From positions 2,342 to 66,341 of the forward strand of contig JBGCGE010000020.1 in NCBI GenBank assembly GCA_045110495.1: DNA of 64,000 nucleotides. Direction: 5' to 3'. The stretch comes from Gammaproteobacteria bacterium (GTDB taxonomy: Bacteria; Pseudomonadota; Gammaproteobacteria; CAJXQU01). The position numbers were made by a program, and so were the translations under genes. Positions 44,483 to 56,934 of this stretch are shown here, one piece after another. The notes under the pieces are model-generated. The model was not told where the DNA came from. It saw only the letters and a list, made by a program, of their open reading frames with translations, and ran no database searches. How positions within the stretch are numbered: the stretch's first letter is position 1; every line of letters begins with the position of its first letter.

Positions 44483-46230
44483 TATGATAACTCCCTGTTG
44501 GTGTCTACGCCCGGTGGAAGTTCCATTTCGTTATGGCCTTTTCCAGCAGTAATCATTGGGTAAACATTTTCAGATTGATCTGTGACAATGTCCATCAGTA
44601 CTAATCGATCTTTCATGTTGATAGCTTCTTTTAATGCTCCACTCACATCTGCCGTTTTTTCTACTCGCATACCCACGTGCCCAAACGATTCAGCCAACTT
44701 AACAAAATCTGGCAGGGCGTCCATGTAGGAATGTGAATAGCGGCGGTCATAGAAGAATTCTTGCCACTGTCGAACCATACCCATATAGCGGTTATTGAGG
44801 CTAATTATTTTGACTGGCAAACCATATTGCAAACAAGTGGAAAGCTCCTGGATACACATCACCAGTGATGCTTCGCCACTGATACAACAAACAAGCTCAT
44901 CAGGAAACGCAAGTTGTACACCCATTGCTGAAGGAACCCCGAAACCCATTGTTCCAAGGCCACCCGAATTGATCCAACGTCGCGGCTTATTGAACCCATA
45001 GTATTGGGCTGCCCACATCTGATGTTGACCAACATCAGATGTTATAAAGGCGTCACCATTGGTTAGTCGAGATAACTCTTCTATCACATACTGCGGTTTG
45101 ATCACTTCCGTTGTTTTGTCATAACGCATGCAATCTACCGCGCGCCATTTATTGATCTGCTCCCACCACGCGTCTTTTTCACGATCCATTGGATCAAAAC
45201 TACTTGCACGGATCAACTTGTTCATTTCACCGAGTACATTGGAAACACTACCGACAATAGGAACATCTACGGCAACATTTTTAGAAATTGAAGCAGGATC
45301 TATATCAATGTGGACTATTTTTGCATGTGGGCAAAACTCTTCGAGCTTTCCTGTGACACGATCATCAAAACGTACGCCAATCGCGATCAAAACATCGCAC
45401 TGATGCATGCCCATATTCGCTTCGTAAGTTCCATGCATTCCCAGCATTTGCAGGTTCTGAGGATCAGATGCTGGATACGCACCCAAACCCATCAACGTTT
45501 GAGTAATCGGATAACCTAATAAACGTGTGAATTCGATCAACGAATCAGCCGCGTTATCCAAAACCACACCACCGCCAGAATAAATCATTGGCTTTTTCGC
45601 AGCCAAAATCATATCTACCGCACGTTTAATCTGTCCGGGATGGCCTTTTGTGACTGGCTTATATGATCGCATTTCGATCGAGTCCGGATAGGAATACTCC
45701 GCCACATCGGCAGTAATATCTTTAGGAATATCAACCACAACCGGTCCTGGACGACCGGTTGTGGCAACATGGAAAGCCTTTTTGATCGTAATGGCCAGAT
45801 CTTTTACATCTGAAACCATAAAGTTATGTTTTACACACGGTCGTGTAATACCAACATTATCAACTTCTTGAAATGCATCGTTCCCGATCAAATGGCTAGG
45901 TACCTGACCGGTAAGCACAACCATAGGAATTGAATCCATATAAGCGGTTGCAATACCTGTAACGCAGTTAGTTGCTCCAGGACCAGAAGTTACAAGTACA
46001 ACGCCTGCTTTACCTGTAGCTCGCGCATAGCCATCTGCGGCATGTGTTGCACCTTGTTCATGACGTACAAGAATATGCTTGACCGCCTCTTGTCTGAAGA
46101 TCGCGTCATAAATATGCAGTACTGCTCCACCCGGATAACCAAAGACAAATTCAACGCCTTCATCATCCAGCGCTTTCAGTAATATCTCCGCTCCGCGTAA
46201 TTTTTCACCCACTTGATTCACCCAATTCAC
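44482..46230 (-). CDS. ilvI: acetolactate synthase large subunit
   Basis: 582-aa ThDP enzyme with GDG..N motif. Confidence 0.95.
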   Translation of the reverse strand: MNWVNQVGEKLRGAEILLKALDDEGVEFVFGYPGGAVLHIYDAIFRQEAVKHILVRHEQGATHAADGYARATGKAGVVLVTSGPGATNCVTGIATAYMDSIPMVVLTGQVPSHLIGNDAFQEVDNVGITRPCVKHNFMVSDVKDLAITIKKAFHVATTGRPGPVVVDIPKDITADVAEYSYPDSIEMRSYKPVTKGHPGQIKRAVDMILAAKKPMIYSGGGVVLDNAADSLIEFTRLLGYPITQTLMGLGAYPASDPQNLQMLGMHGTYEANMGMHQCDVLIAIGVRFDDRVTGKLEEFCPHAKIVHIDIDPASISKNVAVDVPIVGSVSNVLGEMNKLIRASSFDPMDREKDAWWEQINKWRAVDCMRYDKTTEVIKPQYVIEELSRLTNGDAFITSDVGQHQMWAAQYYGFNKPRRWINSGGLGTMGFGVPSAMGVQLAFPDELVCCISGEASLVMCIQELSTCLQYGLPVKIISLNNRYMGMVRQWQEFFYDRRYSHSYMDALPDFVKLAESFGHVGMRVEKTADVSGALKEAINMKDRLVLMDIVTDQSENVYPMITAGKGHNEMELPPGVDTNRELS

Positions 46231-46417
46231 TAAAAATGATTACAAAACTTTCCGTTGATATTTGATCAACCGGAATAGTTTTTGCTTCCCATAAAACAAT
46301 AGAAAACAGCCCCCGCGAACTCGATTCGCAGGCTAATCGCTTATCATGACTGAAACCTGGGCATTAGGTCAACATATAAAGGCAAATAATTTTCACTTTA
46401 AAAACGAAATAAATCTT

Positions 46418-46903
46418 ATGAAATACAGTTACCACTCTTATATCTTATCCATGCTTTATTTGTTCTTTATCGTCACTATGCACGTATTTTCTTCTTCGGA
46501 TGCAAAAGCCAAGGGAATATTCAAGTGTGTAAAACCAAACGGTGAGATTGAATACACACAATCACCTTCCCCGGAGTGTCAGGATCACAATACTACAAAG
46601 ATGAAGAACACCGGTGGTCGGGCTGATCCTGCTGCCATTGCAAAGCAGAAAGAAAAAAGAGAAAGCTCTTTAAAAACTGAAGAAAGCCGTAAAATCGAAG
46701 AGCTAAAAAAACAAGATCAAAAACTCGTTATCCAGGAAAAAAAGATTTTTTGTGATAATGCCCGCAAAGACCTCGTTCAGATTCAAGCATCACCTCGACT
46801 ATTTAAAATTGATGATCAAGGCAATCGAATCATTCTCACCGTTGCCGAACGCGAAAATAAAATTCAAACAAGTAAAGAAAACATATCTGCACATTGTCGC
46901 TGA
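46418..46903 (+). CDS. secreted DUF4124-like protein
   Basis: Signal peptide, a KCVKPNGEIEYTQSP motif and a Lys/Glu-rich coiled coil. Start taken at MKYSYH. Confidence 0.45.
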   Translation: MKYSYHSYILSMLYLFFIVTMHVFSSSDAKAKGIFKCVKPNGEIEYTQSPSPECQDHNTTKMKNTGGRADPAAIAKQKEKRESSLKTEESRKIEELKKQDQKLVIQEKKIFCDNARKDLVQIQASPRLFKIDDQGNRIILTVAERENKIQTSKENISAHCR

Positions 46904-46978
46904 TACTTTTATCATTTGTTGTTGTAGAATCCGCAATGCTACCGTTATCAATTAAATCTATAAATAAAAAAGTCAGCA

Positions 46979-48688
46979 ATGCGATTATCAAACCTGTTAC
47001 TCCCCACTCTTCGAGAAGCTCCTTCCGATGCGGAAGTCATTAGCCACAAATTAATGCTACGCGCCGGGATGATCCGGCAGACTGCTTCTGGCATCTATTC
47101 CTGGTTACCTTTAGGTTTAAGAGTTTTACGTAAAGTAGAAGCAATCGTCCGTGAAGAAATGGATCTTGCCGGTGCTCAGGAATTATTAATGCCATCCGTG
47201 CAACCAGCAGGTTTATGGGAAGAATCAGCTCGCTGGGAACAATACGGTCCCGAATTACTGAGAATAAATGATCGACATAATCGTGAGTTTTGTTATGGGC
47301 CAACGGCTGAAGAAGTGATCACGTCTTTAGTAAGAAATGAGATCAGAAGTTACAAACAATTACCAGCCAACTTCTATCAAATACAAACCAAATTTCGTGA
47401 TGAAATCCGCCCTCGTTTTGGTGTTATGCGGGCACGAGAGTTTCTAATGAAAGATGCTTATTCGTTTCATCTTGATCAAAAATCACTAGAAGAAACCTAT
47501 CAGATCATGCATGAAGCCTATAACAAAATATTTACTCGTTTAGGTCTTAAATTTCGTGCCGTTGAAGCTGACACCGGTAACATTGGTGGCAGTGCTTCAC
47601 ATGAGTTTCATGTTCTTGCTGATTCAGGTGAAGATGACATCGCTTTCAGTAGCGAGAGCAATTATGCATCAAATGTTGAGTTAACACCTGCACCAAAGCC
47701 TGATCAGAATCGATCCGCTGCAACTCAAGCTATGACAAAAGTCGATACACCCGGACAACACAGTATTGAAGAAGTTTGTAATTACCTGAAAATTGATCAA
47801 TCTCAATGCCTGAAAACATTAATCGTTGAAGGTGAGGATGACTCATTAGTTGCGTTAGTTTTACGCGGTGATCATGAGCTAAATGCAATTAAGGCCGAAA
47901 AGATTGATCAGGTTTCATCACCCTTTCGCTTTGCTGAAAATGAAAAAATTAAACAAGTTCTTGGTTGCTCAGTAGGTTCTATCGGCCCTGTCGGTTTAAG
48001 TATTCCGGTTATTTTTGATCAATCTGCAATGGTGATTTCTGATTTCACCTGCGGTGCAAATGAAGATGGAAAACATCTTACTGGTGTTAATCTGGGTCGC
48101 GATTTACCAGAACCATTAATTGCTGATATTCGTAATATCCAGAAAGGTGAACCAAGTCCAGATGGAGAAGGCGTGATCAAAATTGCCAGAGGAATTGAAG
48201 TTGGTCATATCTTCCAATTGGGTGATAAGTACAGCAAGAGTATGAAAGCAAATTGCCTCGACGAGAATGGCAAAGCAGTCGATATGATGATGGGTTGTTA
48301 TGGTATCGGCGTTTCTCGTATTGTTGCTTCCGCCATTGAACAAAATCATGATGACTCTGGAATTATCTGGCCAACCTCGATCGCTCCTTTTCAAGTATCA
48401 ATTGTTCCCGTTAATGCACACAAATCCGTGCGCGTAAAAGAGGCCGCTGAGCAGCTTTATTCTGAGTTACTTAATTGTGGAATTGACGTTTTACTCTGTG
48501 ACAAAAAAGAACGTCCCGGCGTGATGTTTAATGATCTGGAATTAATTGGAATACCGCATCGCCTGGTTTTAAGTGACCGAGGTATGGATGCTGATCAAAT
48601 TGAATATAAAGGTCGGCTAGATAAAGAATCAATCAATATCGAAGCCGGATCGGTTCTGGATTTTATTAAAAACAAACTTCAAAGCTAA
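46979..48688 (+). CDS. proS: proline--tRNA ligase
   Basis: 569-aa bacterial-type ProRS with editing (INS) domain and class II motifs. Confidence 0.95.
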   Translation: MRLSNLLLPTLREAPSDAEVISHKLMLRAGMIRQTASGIYSWLPLGLRVLRKVEAIVREEMDLAGAQELLMPSVQPAGLWEESARWEQYGPELLRINDRHNREFCYGPTAEEVITSLVRNEIRSYKQLPANFYQIQTKFRDEIRPRFGVMRAREFLMKDAYSFHLDQKSLEETYQIMHEAYNKIFTRLGLKFRAVEADTGNIGGSASHEFHVLADSGEDDIAFSSESNYASNVELTPAPKPDQNRSAATQAMTKVDTPGQHSIEEVCNYLKIDQSQCLKTLIVEGEDDSLVALVLRGDHELNAIKAEKIDQVSSPFRFAENEKIKQVLGCSVGSIGPVGLSIPVIFDQSAMVISDFTCGANEDGKHLTGVNLGRDLPEPLIADIRNIQKGEPSPDGEGVIKIARGIEVGHIFQLGDKYSKSMKANCLDENGKAVDMMMGCYGIGVSRIVASAIEQNHDDSGIIWPTSIAPFQVSIVPVNAHKSVRVKEAAEQLYSELLNCGIDVLLCDKKERPGVMFNDLELIGIPHRLVLSDRGMDADQIEYKGRLDKESINIEAGSVLDFIKNKLQS

Positions 48689-48718
48689 CGGTAGGGTTTT
48701 ACCAAAATCAACAACGCT

Positions 48719-49666
48719 TTATTCCTCTTCTAAATCAATCACAACCCGATGATCAGATGCAGAAAACTCTGGGCACTCAATTAACGCTAATACCTCATTA
48801 CCAACTCCACGATATTCGATATTTTCGAAACTGAGCATACTTGCCATCGCAATTCCTCGCCCATGGCTGTCCATAAGTCGTTCCACTTCAATCTCCATGT
48901 ACGGTCTCCAATCAAATCCTTCACCTTGATCTTCAATTGTGATCTCAATATATCTGCCAACATGTTGAAACCCAACGATCGCATACTTATGTTTATTTTC
49001 TTCTAGCTCCAGCCTTCGACTTACCTCCGCTACCCACGAACCTCCCGTACTATTTAATTCTGTTTTTTCCTCGTAAGTAATACCTAAATTGCCATGTTCG
49101 ACCGCATTGATCATTAATTCTGACAGACCAACTACAACCTTGGAAGGGTCAGGGCAAGCTTTCGCCAGAAAAGACGCTAAAGACCGCGCTTGTTCTATAG
49201 TCTGGAATCGAAAACTTGAAGAAACCATCAACCCGAGTGAATCTTCCTCTTCATGAACCATTTCCTGTAGTTCTTTAAACTGCATCCTATCCTGAACGGC
49301 AGTGTCCACAATTGAGAGTAATTGCTCTTGTTCAAAAGGTTTCGTTAAATAGTAAAAAGCACCCGTGCGCATCCCTTCAAGTATTTCTTCGTTATTATCC
49401 AATGCACTTTGTATGATTACAGGACAGTTTTTTAGATCAGGATGCGACTTAATCCTTTTTAATGCTTCCATTCCATCCAGTCGAGGCATTACTCGATCTA
49501 ACAGAATGACATCATATTTCTTGGGATCAGATTCCAATTTTTCCAGGGCATCTTGCCCATCAACAGCAGTTTCAATTGTATAGTTCTTCTCGGCTAAATT
49601 TTCTGTCAATATTTCCAGATTGAAAGGCTCGTCATCAACGATAAGAATATGCGGTTCTGAATTCAT
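48719..49666 (-). CDS. response-regulator receiver fused to RsbW-like serine-kinase/anti-sigma HATPase domain
   Basis: N-terminal REC (ILIVDDEP..D..MP) and C-terminal HATPase_c_2-like region (ELMINAVEHGN, DQGEGF, GRGIAMA). Start ATG 49666 with GGAG RBS. Confidence 0.6.
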   Translation of the reverse strand: MNSEPHILIVDDEPFNLEILTENLAEKNYTIETAVDGQDALEKLESDPKKYDVILLDRVMPRLDGMEALKRIKSHPDLKNCPVIIQSALDNNEEILEGMRTGAFYYLTKPFEQEQLLSIVDTAVQDRMQFKELQEMVHEEEDSLGLMVSSSFRFQTIEQARSLASFLAKACPDPSKVVVGLSELMINAVEHGNLGITYEEKTELNSTGGSWVAEVSRRLELEENKHKYAIVGFQHVGRYIEITIEDQGEGFDWRPYMEIEVERLMDSHGRGIAMASMLSFENIEYRGVGNEVLALIECPEFSASDHRVVIDLEEE

Positions 49667-50086
49667 TCTGTTTACTCCAAATTCATTATTTATATAATTA
49701 TATAAATTGCAAAATAAATACGAATATTTACTGGTATTTCTTTCCTTGAATATCAGAATCAAAATGATTCCTATTATCTTTTCATATGTTATGTATCAAG
49801 CACGTGTGATACCAGTAACTAATGAGCATAGTAAAAATCTTCAAAACACTGATTTTATTTACTTTTATCCGAATAATAGAGTTGACTCAAAACACGCCTC
49901 TACTTGTCAATAAATGTCGTACAGAAGGAAGTTACTTAGTCTTAATATGTTATAATTCAATATCTTAAAAACAAATCCACGCGCGCGTATAGCAACTATG
50001 GTTGCATGGGTTACTGCCTCCACGTATCATCGAACTCTTAGTAATACTTCTCCCACAACCCTTATGTTTTTGTAGCAACACCAAAA

Positions 50087-51505
50087 ATGACAGCGCCTAT
50101 TTCATCAAACATGCCCATCCTTATCGTCGATGACGATAAACAAATTGTGCAGGGCACCTCCCTGCTTTTACGCTCAGCGGGAATGCAAAAAGTCATTTCG
50201 CTTACCGATAGCCGTGAAGTTATGCCGCTACTCCATCGTCAAGAAGTCGCCGTAATATTACTGGATCTTCAAATGCCTCATCAGTCCGGTTCTCAGTTGC
50301 TTGAAAAAATTAAAAAAGATTTTCCGGAAATCTCGATTATCATTATTACTGCACATGACGGGCTGGAAACGGCGATCAAATGTATGCAAGCCGGTGCATT
50401 TGATTATTTAGTAAAACCAATTGAGAAAAGTCGCCTTACCTCATCCATTCACCGTGCAATCGAAATCAGCAACTTAAAAGGTGAGTTATCGAAGCTAAAG
50501 AACCGACTTTTAAACAATGAACTCTCAGATAAATCAGCGTTTGAACACATCATCACCCAAGAGAAAAAAGTACGTGCTCTTTTCCAATATATCGAAGCAA
50601 TTTCAACATCTGATCAATCAGTTTTAATTACCGGAAAAACAGGAACTGGGAAAGAATTGTTTGCCAGAGCAGTACACCTTTCCTCTAAAAGAGAAGGTGA
50701 TTTTGTTGCAGTCAATGTCGCAGGGTTAGACGACACCGTTTTTACTGACACTTTATTCGGCCATGTAAAAGGCGCTTTTACTGGTGCTGATCAAAAACGT
50801 GAAGGGTTAATCTCAAAGGCCGCGGAAGGCACTTTATTTCTAGATGAAATTGGAGATTTAGATCTCTCTTCTCAGATCAAATTACTTCGTTTACTGCAAG
50901 ATCGAAGTTACTATCCACTAGGCTCAGATGTTTTACAACATAGCACCGCCCGAATCGTGGTCGCCACGAATAGCGACTTAAATGAAGCGATCCAGAATAA
51001 TACTTTCCGTAAAGATCTTTACTTCCGTTTACGTGCACACCAGATTACCCTTCCGACATTACAAGAACGTAAAAATGATCTAGCTCTGTTGTTAACACAT
51101 TTTGTGAAATTGGCCAGTAAATCTTTAAAGAAGAAACAACCCCTTATTCCTCCACAACTTTACATCCTCTTAAACACCTATTCTTTTCCTGGCAATGTTC
51201 GCGAACTTGAAACGATGACTTTTGATGCTGTTGCCAGAAATCAATCAAACGTTTTATCTCTACGGAGTTTTAAAGAAATAATTGGAGAGGAAAATTTTTC
51301 GATAAATGATCTACAAATCGGGATTAAAACTTTTTCAGAATTATTCCCAGATAAGTTGCCTTCTTTAAAGCAAGCGGAACACCTTTTTATAAACGAAGCG
51401 ATGCGACGAGCAGAAAACAATCAGGGAATCGCAGCATCGATGTTGGGTATTTCTCGTCAGGCTTTAAATAAACGTTTAGTGAGAGAACGTAAAGAGCGCG
51501 AATAA
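50087..51505 (+). CDS. sigma-54-dependent response regulator (NtrC family)
   Basis: REC, then AAA+ with GKTGTGKE Walker A and GAFTGA, then C-terminal Fis-type HTH. Confidence 0.9.
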   Translation: MTAPISSNMPILIVDDDKQIVQGTSLLLRSAGMQKVISLTDSREVMPLLHRQEVAVILLDLQMPHQSGSQLLEKIKKDFPEISIIIITAHDGLETAIKCMQAGAFDYLVKPIEKSRLTSSIHRAIEISNLKGELSKLKNRLLNNELSDKSAFEHIITQEKKVRALFQYIEAISTSDQSVLITGKTGTGKELFARAVHLSSKREGDFVAVNVAGLDDTVFTDTLFGHVKGAFTGADQKREGLISKAAEGTLFLDEIGDLDLSSQIKLLRLLQDRSYYPLGSDVLQHSTARIVVATNSDLNEAIQNNTFRKDLYFRLRAHQITLPTLQERKNDLALLLTHFVKLASKSLKKKQPLIPPQLYILLNTYSFPGNVRELETMTFDAVARNQSNVLSLRSFKEIIGEENFSINDLQIGIKTFSELFPDKLPSLKQAEHLFINEAMRRAENNQGIAASMLGISRQALNKRLVRERKERE

Positions 51506-51509
51506 AAAA

Positions 51510-53141
51510 CTAGTCAGTTTCAGTTTCTGTTTCAAAAATTTCTTCAGACTCACTTTTAATTACTCCAGAAATTTTGTTCTTTTCCTTATAAACCAATTTA
51601 GTGATCGGGATCAAAAAACAGAAGCAAACACCTTCACCCTTATTTTTCTCAACCCACAACTCACCTCTGTGTGCATGAATAATTTCTCGACAGATAGACA
51701 ATCCCAAACCCGTGCCACCAGCTTCATTTTTTGTTTTGGTACTTTGTACAAACTTATCAAAAATACTCGTTAATTCGGCTTCAGGAATACCTATTCCTTC
51801 ATCTCTAATCTTAAATGAAAGTGCGGGCACAGCATAAGCATCGTCACCCTTTCTTCGCCCAGGGCAAACTTCATCTTGCTCTATAGAAAAAGTGATCGTT
51901 TTTCCTTCAGGTGTAAATTTGATCGCATTAGAAAATAAATTAGTAATAACTTGTCCAATACGCACAGAATCAATTTCTGCTATCGTTCGGAATTGAACTG
52001 GGATAATTTCGACCTTGAGTTTCAACTCCTGTAGCCGGGTTTCTTGCTCAGCTACGCTCTGCCTGATCAGATTACCCAGATCAGCTTTCTCGAAATGGTA
52101 TTCCATCTTCATAGCTTCCATTTTTGACATATCGAGCAGGTTATCAACAAGCTCAAGAAGTCTATGTCCACTCCCATTAATTTGCGTAAAAAAACGCTCC
52201 AGGATTTCCTCAGAAGTGTCCTTAGTTTTGTTTTTGCCAATTTTTGAAAAACTCAGAATTGCGTGTATCGGCGTTCTCAACTCATGCGACATATTCGCCA
52301 GAAATTCACTTTTAGATTCACTCGCTCGCTCAGCAGCCTCTCTCGCTTGCTCTGCCATTTCTTCTGCATGTTCTGCGGCTTCTTTTGACAAACGCATGTC
52401 TTGTACCTGCTCTTCAACCATTTCCTGCAAATGATCCCGATGTTTCCGTAATTCAGTTTCTTTTTCTTCTATTTGCTTTAGCGCAAGCTTCAGCTCTAAA
52501 GCCTCTTGCTCAAGCTTAGTCTGCGCGACTTCTCCTCGCCAATATTCTTTCTCAACACGTCTGCCCATAACTATTACGATTACTGTGAAAAGAAAACTAA
52601 TTAATGCCAAAAAATAACCTTTACTATCGCCAATCATTCCATGGTAGAGACAAGCAATAACTATCGGAGTTGAAAGAGTACTGGTGTACAAAGTCCAGAA
52701 ACGAAAATATAGAGTCATCGTCCCACCCATAATCGCCGTTAATCCACCAAGGATGCCCACAATAATCATAAACTCGTCGGATATTCCTGTCTCAAAAGAC
52801 AATAAAGCGGCAAAAGTACCAACACATAATGTATTAGCTAATGTCCACGAACCGTAGGATTTTAAGTTTTCTTCTGTTGTACTGATTGGTGCTTTTGAGA
52901 GTCGTTTTCCTGAAATAATTCTGAAGGTGCTAATAACCACAATGAGTCCAATAAGCCATTGTAATACTGGGCTGTAATACTCTGATACATGTACCAGAAA
53001 GATAACACCAAGAAGGGGATACATAAAAATGAAGCCGCTTAAACGCCCACCCAGCTCACGGGCTCCTCGATTATTAACCGAGCGTGCGTAATCTTCCGGC
53101 AATTCCGAAAGTTGTGCATTCATTTTAAAAAGATCGATCAT
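51510..53141 (-). CDS. membrane sensor histidine kinase
   Basis: N-terminal polytopic domain, coiled coil, HisKA (SHELRTPI) and HATPase_c. Convergent with the sigma-54 regulator. Confidence 0.85.
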   Translation of the reverse strand: MIDLFKMNAQLSELPEDYARSVNNRGARELGGRLSGFIFMYPLLGVIFLVHVSEYYSPVLQWLIGLIVVISTFRIISGKRLSKAPISTTEENLKSYGSWTLANTLCVGTFAALLSFETGISDEFMIIVGILGGLTAIMGGTMTLYFRFWTLYTSTLSTPIVIACLYHGMIGDSKGYFLALISFLFTVIVIVMGRRVEKEYWRGEVAQTKLEQEALELKLALKQIEEKETELRKHRDHLQEMVEEQVQDMRLSKEAAEHAEEMAEQAREAAERASESKSEFLANMSHELRTPIHAILSFSKIGKNKTKDTSEEILERFFTQINGSGHRLLELVDNLLDMSKMEAMKMEYHFEKADLGNLIRQSVAEQETRLQELKLKVEIIPVQFRTIAEIDSVRIGQVITNLFSNAIKFTPEGKTITFSIEQDEVCPGRRKGDDAYAVPALSFKIRDEGIGIPEAELTSIFDKFVQSTKTKNEAGGTGLGLSICREIIHAHRGELWVEKNKGEGVCFCFLIPITKLVYKEKNKISGVIKSESEEIFETETETD

Positions 53142-53197
53142 TAACTTTTTAGCGACTAACCGCTAAAGAACTTAAATGATAATTCAGGATCGTTAAA

Positions 53198-54442
53198 CTA
53201 CGATTGATAAAAAGAGTTTAAAGGTGCTTTCATTGACCCTTTGAGGCTACTGAATGCTTTTCCAAGTTCAGTAAATAATCGTTCATTCCAGATGTCTTCC
53301 CCAACCAGATCTGAGTCTGATAGTGGTAAGCCTCCAGGTAAAGCGCGGTAGAGACTTAAAAGTGTTTCTTCGCCTAAATCACGCACTAACACCCACCCGC
53401 CATCTTCTGTTCTTTGTAACCAACCAGCTTCCCGCAACGCTCGTAAAATGTCATAGATCCGCTCATCATTCATGTCCGGTTCGTGGATAATGAGATCAGA
53501 AACAGTACAGGGATTACCCTGGATCTGATGCTTCCATAGTTGGCCTGTGATTCGATAAGCATCAATAAATAAATTACGCTTTCGATCGTCCACACGACCA
53601 ACATAACGATGATAAATCATATGACAGCGCGTGATTACGGCACCAAGTAAAATAATAAGCCAGGAAAGATAAATCCAAAGTAAGAAGATTGGGATAGTTG
53701 CAAATGCACCATAAATGGCCTGCTGACTAGGAAAATGAACCACATAATACGCAAACAGACGTTTTGCAATCTCAAAAAAGACGCCTGCCACCAAAGCGCC
53801 GATCAAAGCACTTTTAGTTGAAACTGTTCTATTAGGTAATAAACGGTAGATCAAATAAAAGGCCAATGTTGTCGTCAGCAATGGTAACAAAACCAGAAAC
53901 TTTCGTTTGATCCCAAGCGTCGCATCGACCTCACTGAATATCGGTAATGAAACCAGATACGATGTCGCAATAAAACTGGTTCCAACGAGCAATGGGCCCA
54001 ACGTTAACACCGCCCAGTAGATCATAAAACGTGTTACCGGTTTTCGTTTTGATCGGACTCGCCAGATGTCATTAAAAGCCATCTCAATCGTGTTCATCAT
54101 CGCCAGCACTGTCACGAATAAAAAACCAACACCGACAGCTCGAAGACCTGAGGCCTTTTCAGTAAACTCGTGCAGATAAGTCCGCACAGTTGAACCAAGT
54201 GCCGGCACAAAATTATTGAATACAAAAGCTTCGATATCTTTTTCCATACCTTGAAAAACAGGGAATGCGGTTAACGTAGAAAACATCACCGCCATCAAAG
54301 GTACGAGTGAAAGTAATGAAGTATACGATAATGAGGAGGCCGTTCTAATACAATTATCACTCATAAAGTGCTTTTTAACGAAGATCAAAAAGTCTCGTAA
54401 TTCCTCGAATTTAGAAATAATCTGCGTCGGAATAGAATTCAT
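53198..54442 (-). CDS. YihY/BrkB-family inner-membrane protein with C-terminal extension
   Basis: SLSYTSLLSLVP signature and six TM helices, plus an extra soluble C-terminal domain of about 120 aa. Confidence 0.75.
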   Translation of the reverse strand: MNSIPTQIISKFEELRDFLIFVKKHFMSDNCIRTASSLSYTSLLSLVPLMAVMFSTLTAFPVFQGMEKDIEAFVFNNFVPALGSTVRTYLHEFTEKASGLRAVGVGFLFVTVLAMMNTIEMAFNDIWRVRSKRKPVTRFMIYWAVLTLGPLLVGTSFIATSYLVSLPIFSEVDATLGIKRKFLVLLPLLTTTLAFYLIYRLLPNRTVSTKSALIGALVAGVFFEIAKRLFAYYVVHFPSQQAIYGAFATIPIFLLWIYLSWLIILLGAVITRCHMIYHRYVGRVDDRKRNLFIDAYRITGQLWKHQIQGNPCTVSDLIIHEPDMNDERIYDILRALREAGWLQRTEDGGWVLVRDLGEETLLSLYRALPGGLPLSDSDLVGEDIWNERLFTELGKAFSSLKGSMKAPLNSFYQS

Positions 54443-54487
54443 ATTAGAATAATCTCATTATTTCACTATTAAACAGGAGCCATACAA

Positions 54488-55461
<974 letters not shown>

Positions 55462-55476
55462 TACAAGGAAAAACCC

Positions 55477-55863
55477 GTGACCAAGATCAAAATAGCTCGT
55501 GTCTCAACATTAATCGGATATTTCGGATTATTAATTTTGATCGTTTACTGGGCACTGAACCCAACCCAGCTCAACCCAGAAAAATTCGGCGTCTCTGCAA
55601 CAAGCGTGATTTTATTATTTGGCGGCTTACCGCTGATTTTTGGAATTTCTGGGATCTTAAAAAAGAAGCCCTACACGCATGCATGGGTTTGTATTGTTTC
55701 GCTACTTTATTTGATCCACGGAATTGTTGAAGTTTGGAGCCAGCCGGAAAATAAATTATTGGCTTCCACCGAAATTTTTCTAAGTGTGTTGCTTTATCTG
55801 GGTGCGGGATTTTATGCGCGCTATCGATCTCGGGAATTAAAGGCGATTGCTGAACAAGCCTAA
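55477..55863 (+). CDS. small membrane protein (DUF2069-like), downstream of wrbA
   Basis: Four predicted TM helices; the wrbA-adjacent position is typical. Confidence 0.45.
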   Translation: MTKIKIARVSTLIGYFGLLILIVYWALNPTQLNPEKFGVSATSVILLFGGLPLIFGISGILKKKPYTHAWVCIVSLLYLIHGIVEVWSQPENKLLASTEIFLSVLLYLGAGFYARYRSRELKAIAEQA

Positions 55864-56033
55864 CCCAAAGTGTTTATTCTTGCGTGTTAACATCTTTACT
55901 TCCCCGTGTTGGTTGATCACCCTTAACTGAGTTGTGCGAATCTATTGAACCACGTCATAAATCACAATTTTTTTAAAGAAGACTCTGTGTTTGTCGCTAA
56001 CTGAGGGGTGACGTTTCAAATACAGGAAAGGTA

Positions 56034-56894
56034 ATGTGCTCAGCTAAATGTTCTAATCCAGAGGTTAACCTACCGAACTTCCTTTCGGGTTCATTTCTCC
56101 CATCTCCGCCTGAAATTATGCAGAATATCAGGCGAGTCACACCTGATCTTGATCAAATAGCCAAAGTCATTACAGCCGATATGGGTTTAAGTGCAAGTAT
56201 TCTAAAGACCATAAATTCGCCATTTTATGGAATGAGAAGCAATATTATTTCTATCCAGCAGGCGGTTGCTTTATTGGGCCTGGATAGTGTCATGAACATC
56301 GTTAATGCACATCTACTACTAACAGTATTGAAAGCTGATGACTACTCAACAAATCTAGATGATTTTTGGGAGTTATCGAGCGAGATAGCTGGTACTTGCA
56401 TTGTTGTTGCAAATCATCTGGATTTTTTTGTATTTGATGATGTTTATACTCTGGGATTGTTTCACAATGCAGGGATACCTTTAATGGTGAAACAATTTCC
56501 TGATTACATGACGACGCTTCAAACCGCATATCAACAATCGGAACAACGAATAACCGATATTGAGAACCAAAATTATGATACAAATCATGCCGTCGTCGGT
56601 TATTTTCTGGCGAAAGGTTGGAAGTTGCCTGATAACCTGCGAGCGGTCATAAGAGACCATCACAATCTCGAACATCTTACAACAGGCCTTAAGGATCAAA
56701 ATGACACAAATATGATGATGGTGATCTTAAAAATCTCAGAATACCTTGTTGGATCTCAAAAAGTTTTGGGGGAACTAGAAATTAATCATGAATGGGAGAT
56801 CATCAAACACTCACTACTCGATTATCTTGGATATAGTGAACCTGATTTTGAAGAGTTAGAAGACGCAGTTCATGATTCAATGGCTATGGTATAA
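56034..56894 (+). CDS. HDOD-domain signalling protein
   Basis: LPSPPEIMQNI...DLDQIAKVITADMGLSASILKTINSPFYG matches the HDOD N-terminal signature. Confidence 0.8.
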   Translation: MCSAKCSNPEVNLPNFLSGSFLPSPPEIMQNIRRVTPDLDQIAKVITADMGLSASILKTINSPFYGMRSNIISIQQAVALLGLDSVMNIVNAHLLLTVLKADDYSTNLDDFWELSSEIAGTCIVVANHLDFFVFDDVYTLGLFHNAGIPLMVKQFPDYMTTLQTAYQQSEQRITDIENQNYDTNHAVVGYFLAKGWKLPDNLRAVIRDHHNLEHLTTGLKDQNDTNMMMVILKISEYLVGSQKVLGELEINHEWEIIKHSLLDYLGYSEPDFEELEDAVHDSMAMV

Positions 56895-56934
56895 GATGAT
56901 TTTTAATGAAGTGGTCAGACCTCTTTACTACATA

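Noticed and set aside
46290-46335. Hairpin (ctgcgaatcgagttcgcgg plus U-rich tail on the minus strand) upstream of ilvI as a possible attenuator
   Set aside because: No accompanying Ile/Val/Leu-rich leader ORF was found on the minus strand. More likely a generic structure or the terminator of a divergent transcript.
50001-50019. GGCAGTAACCCATGCA (minus strand), resembling a sigma-54 -24/-12 element
   Set aside because: GG to GC spacing is 11 rather than the canonical 10, and it lies more than 300 bp from the nearest start.
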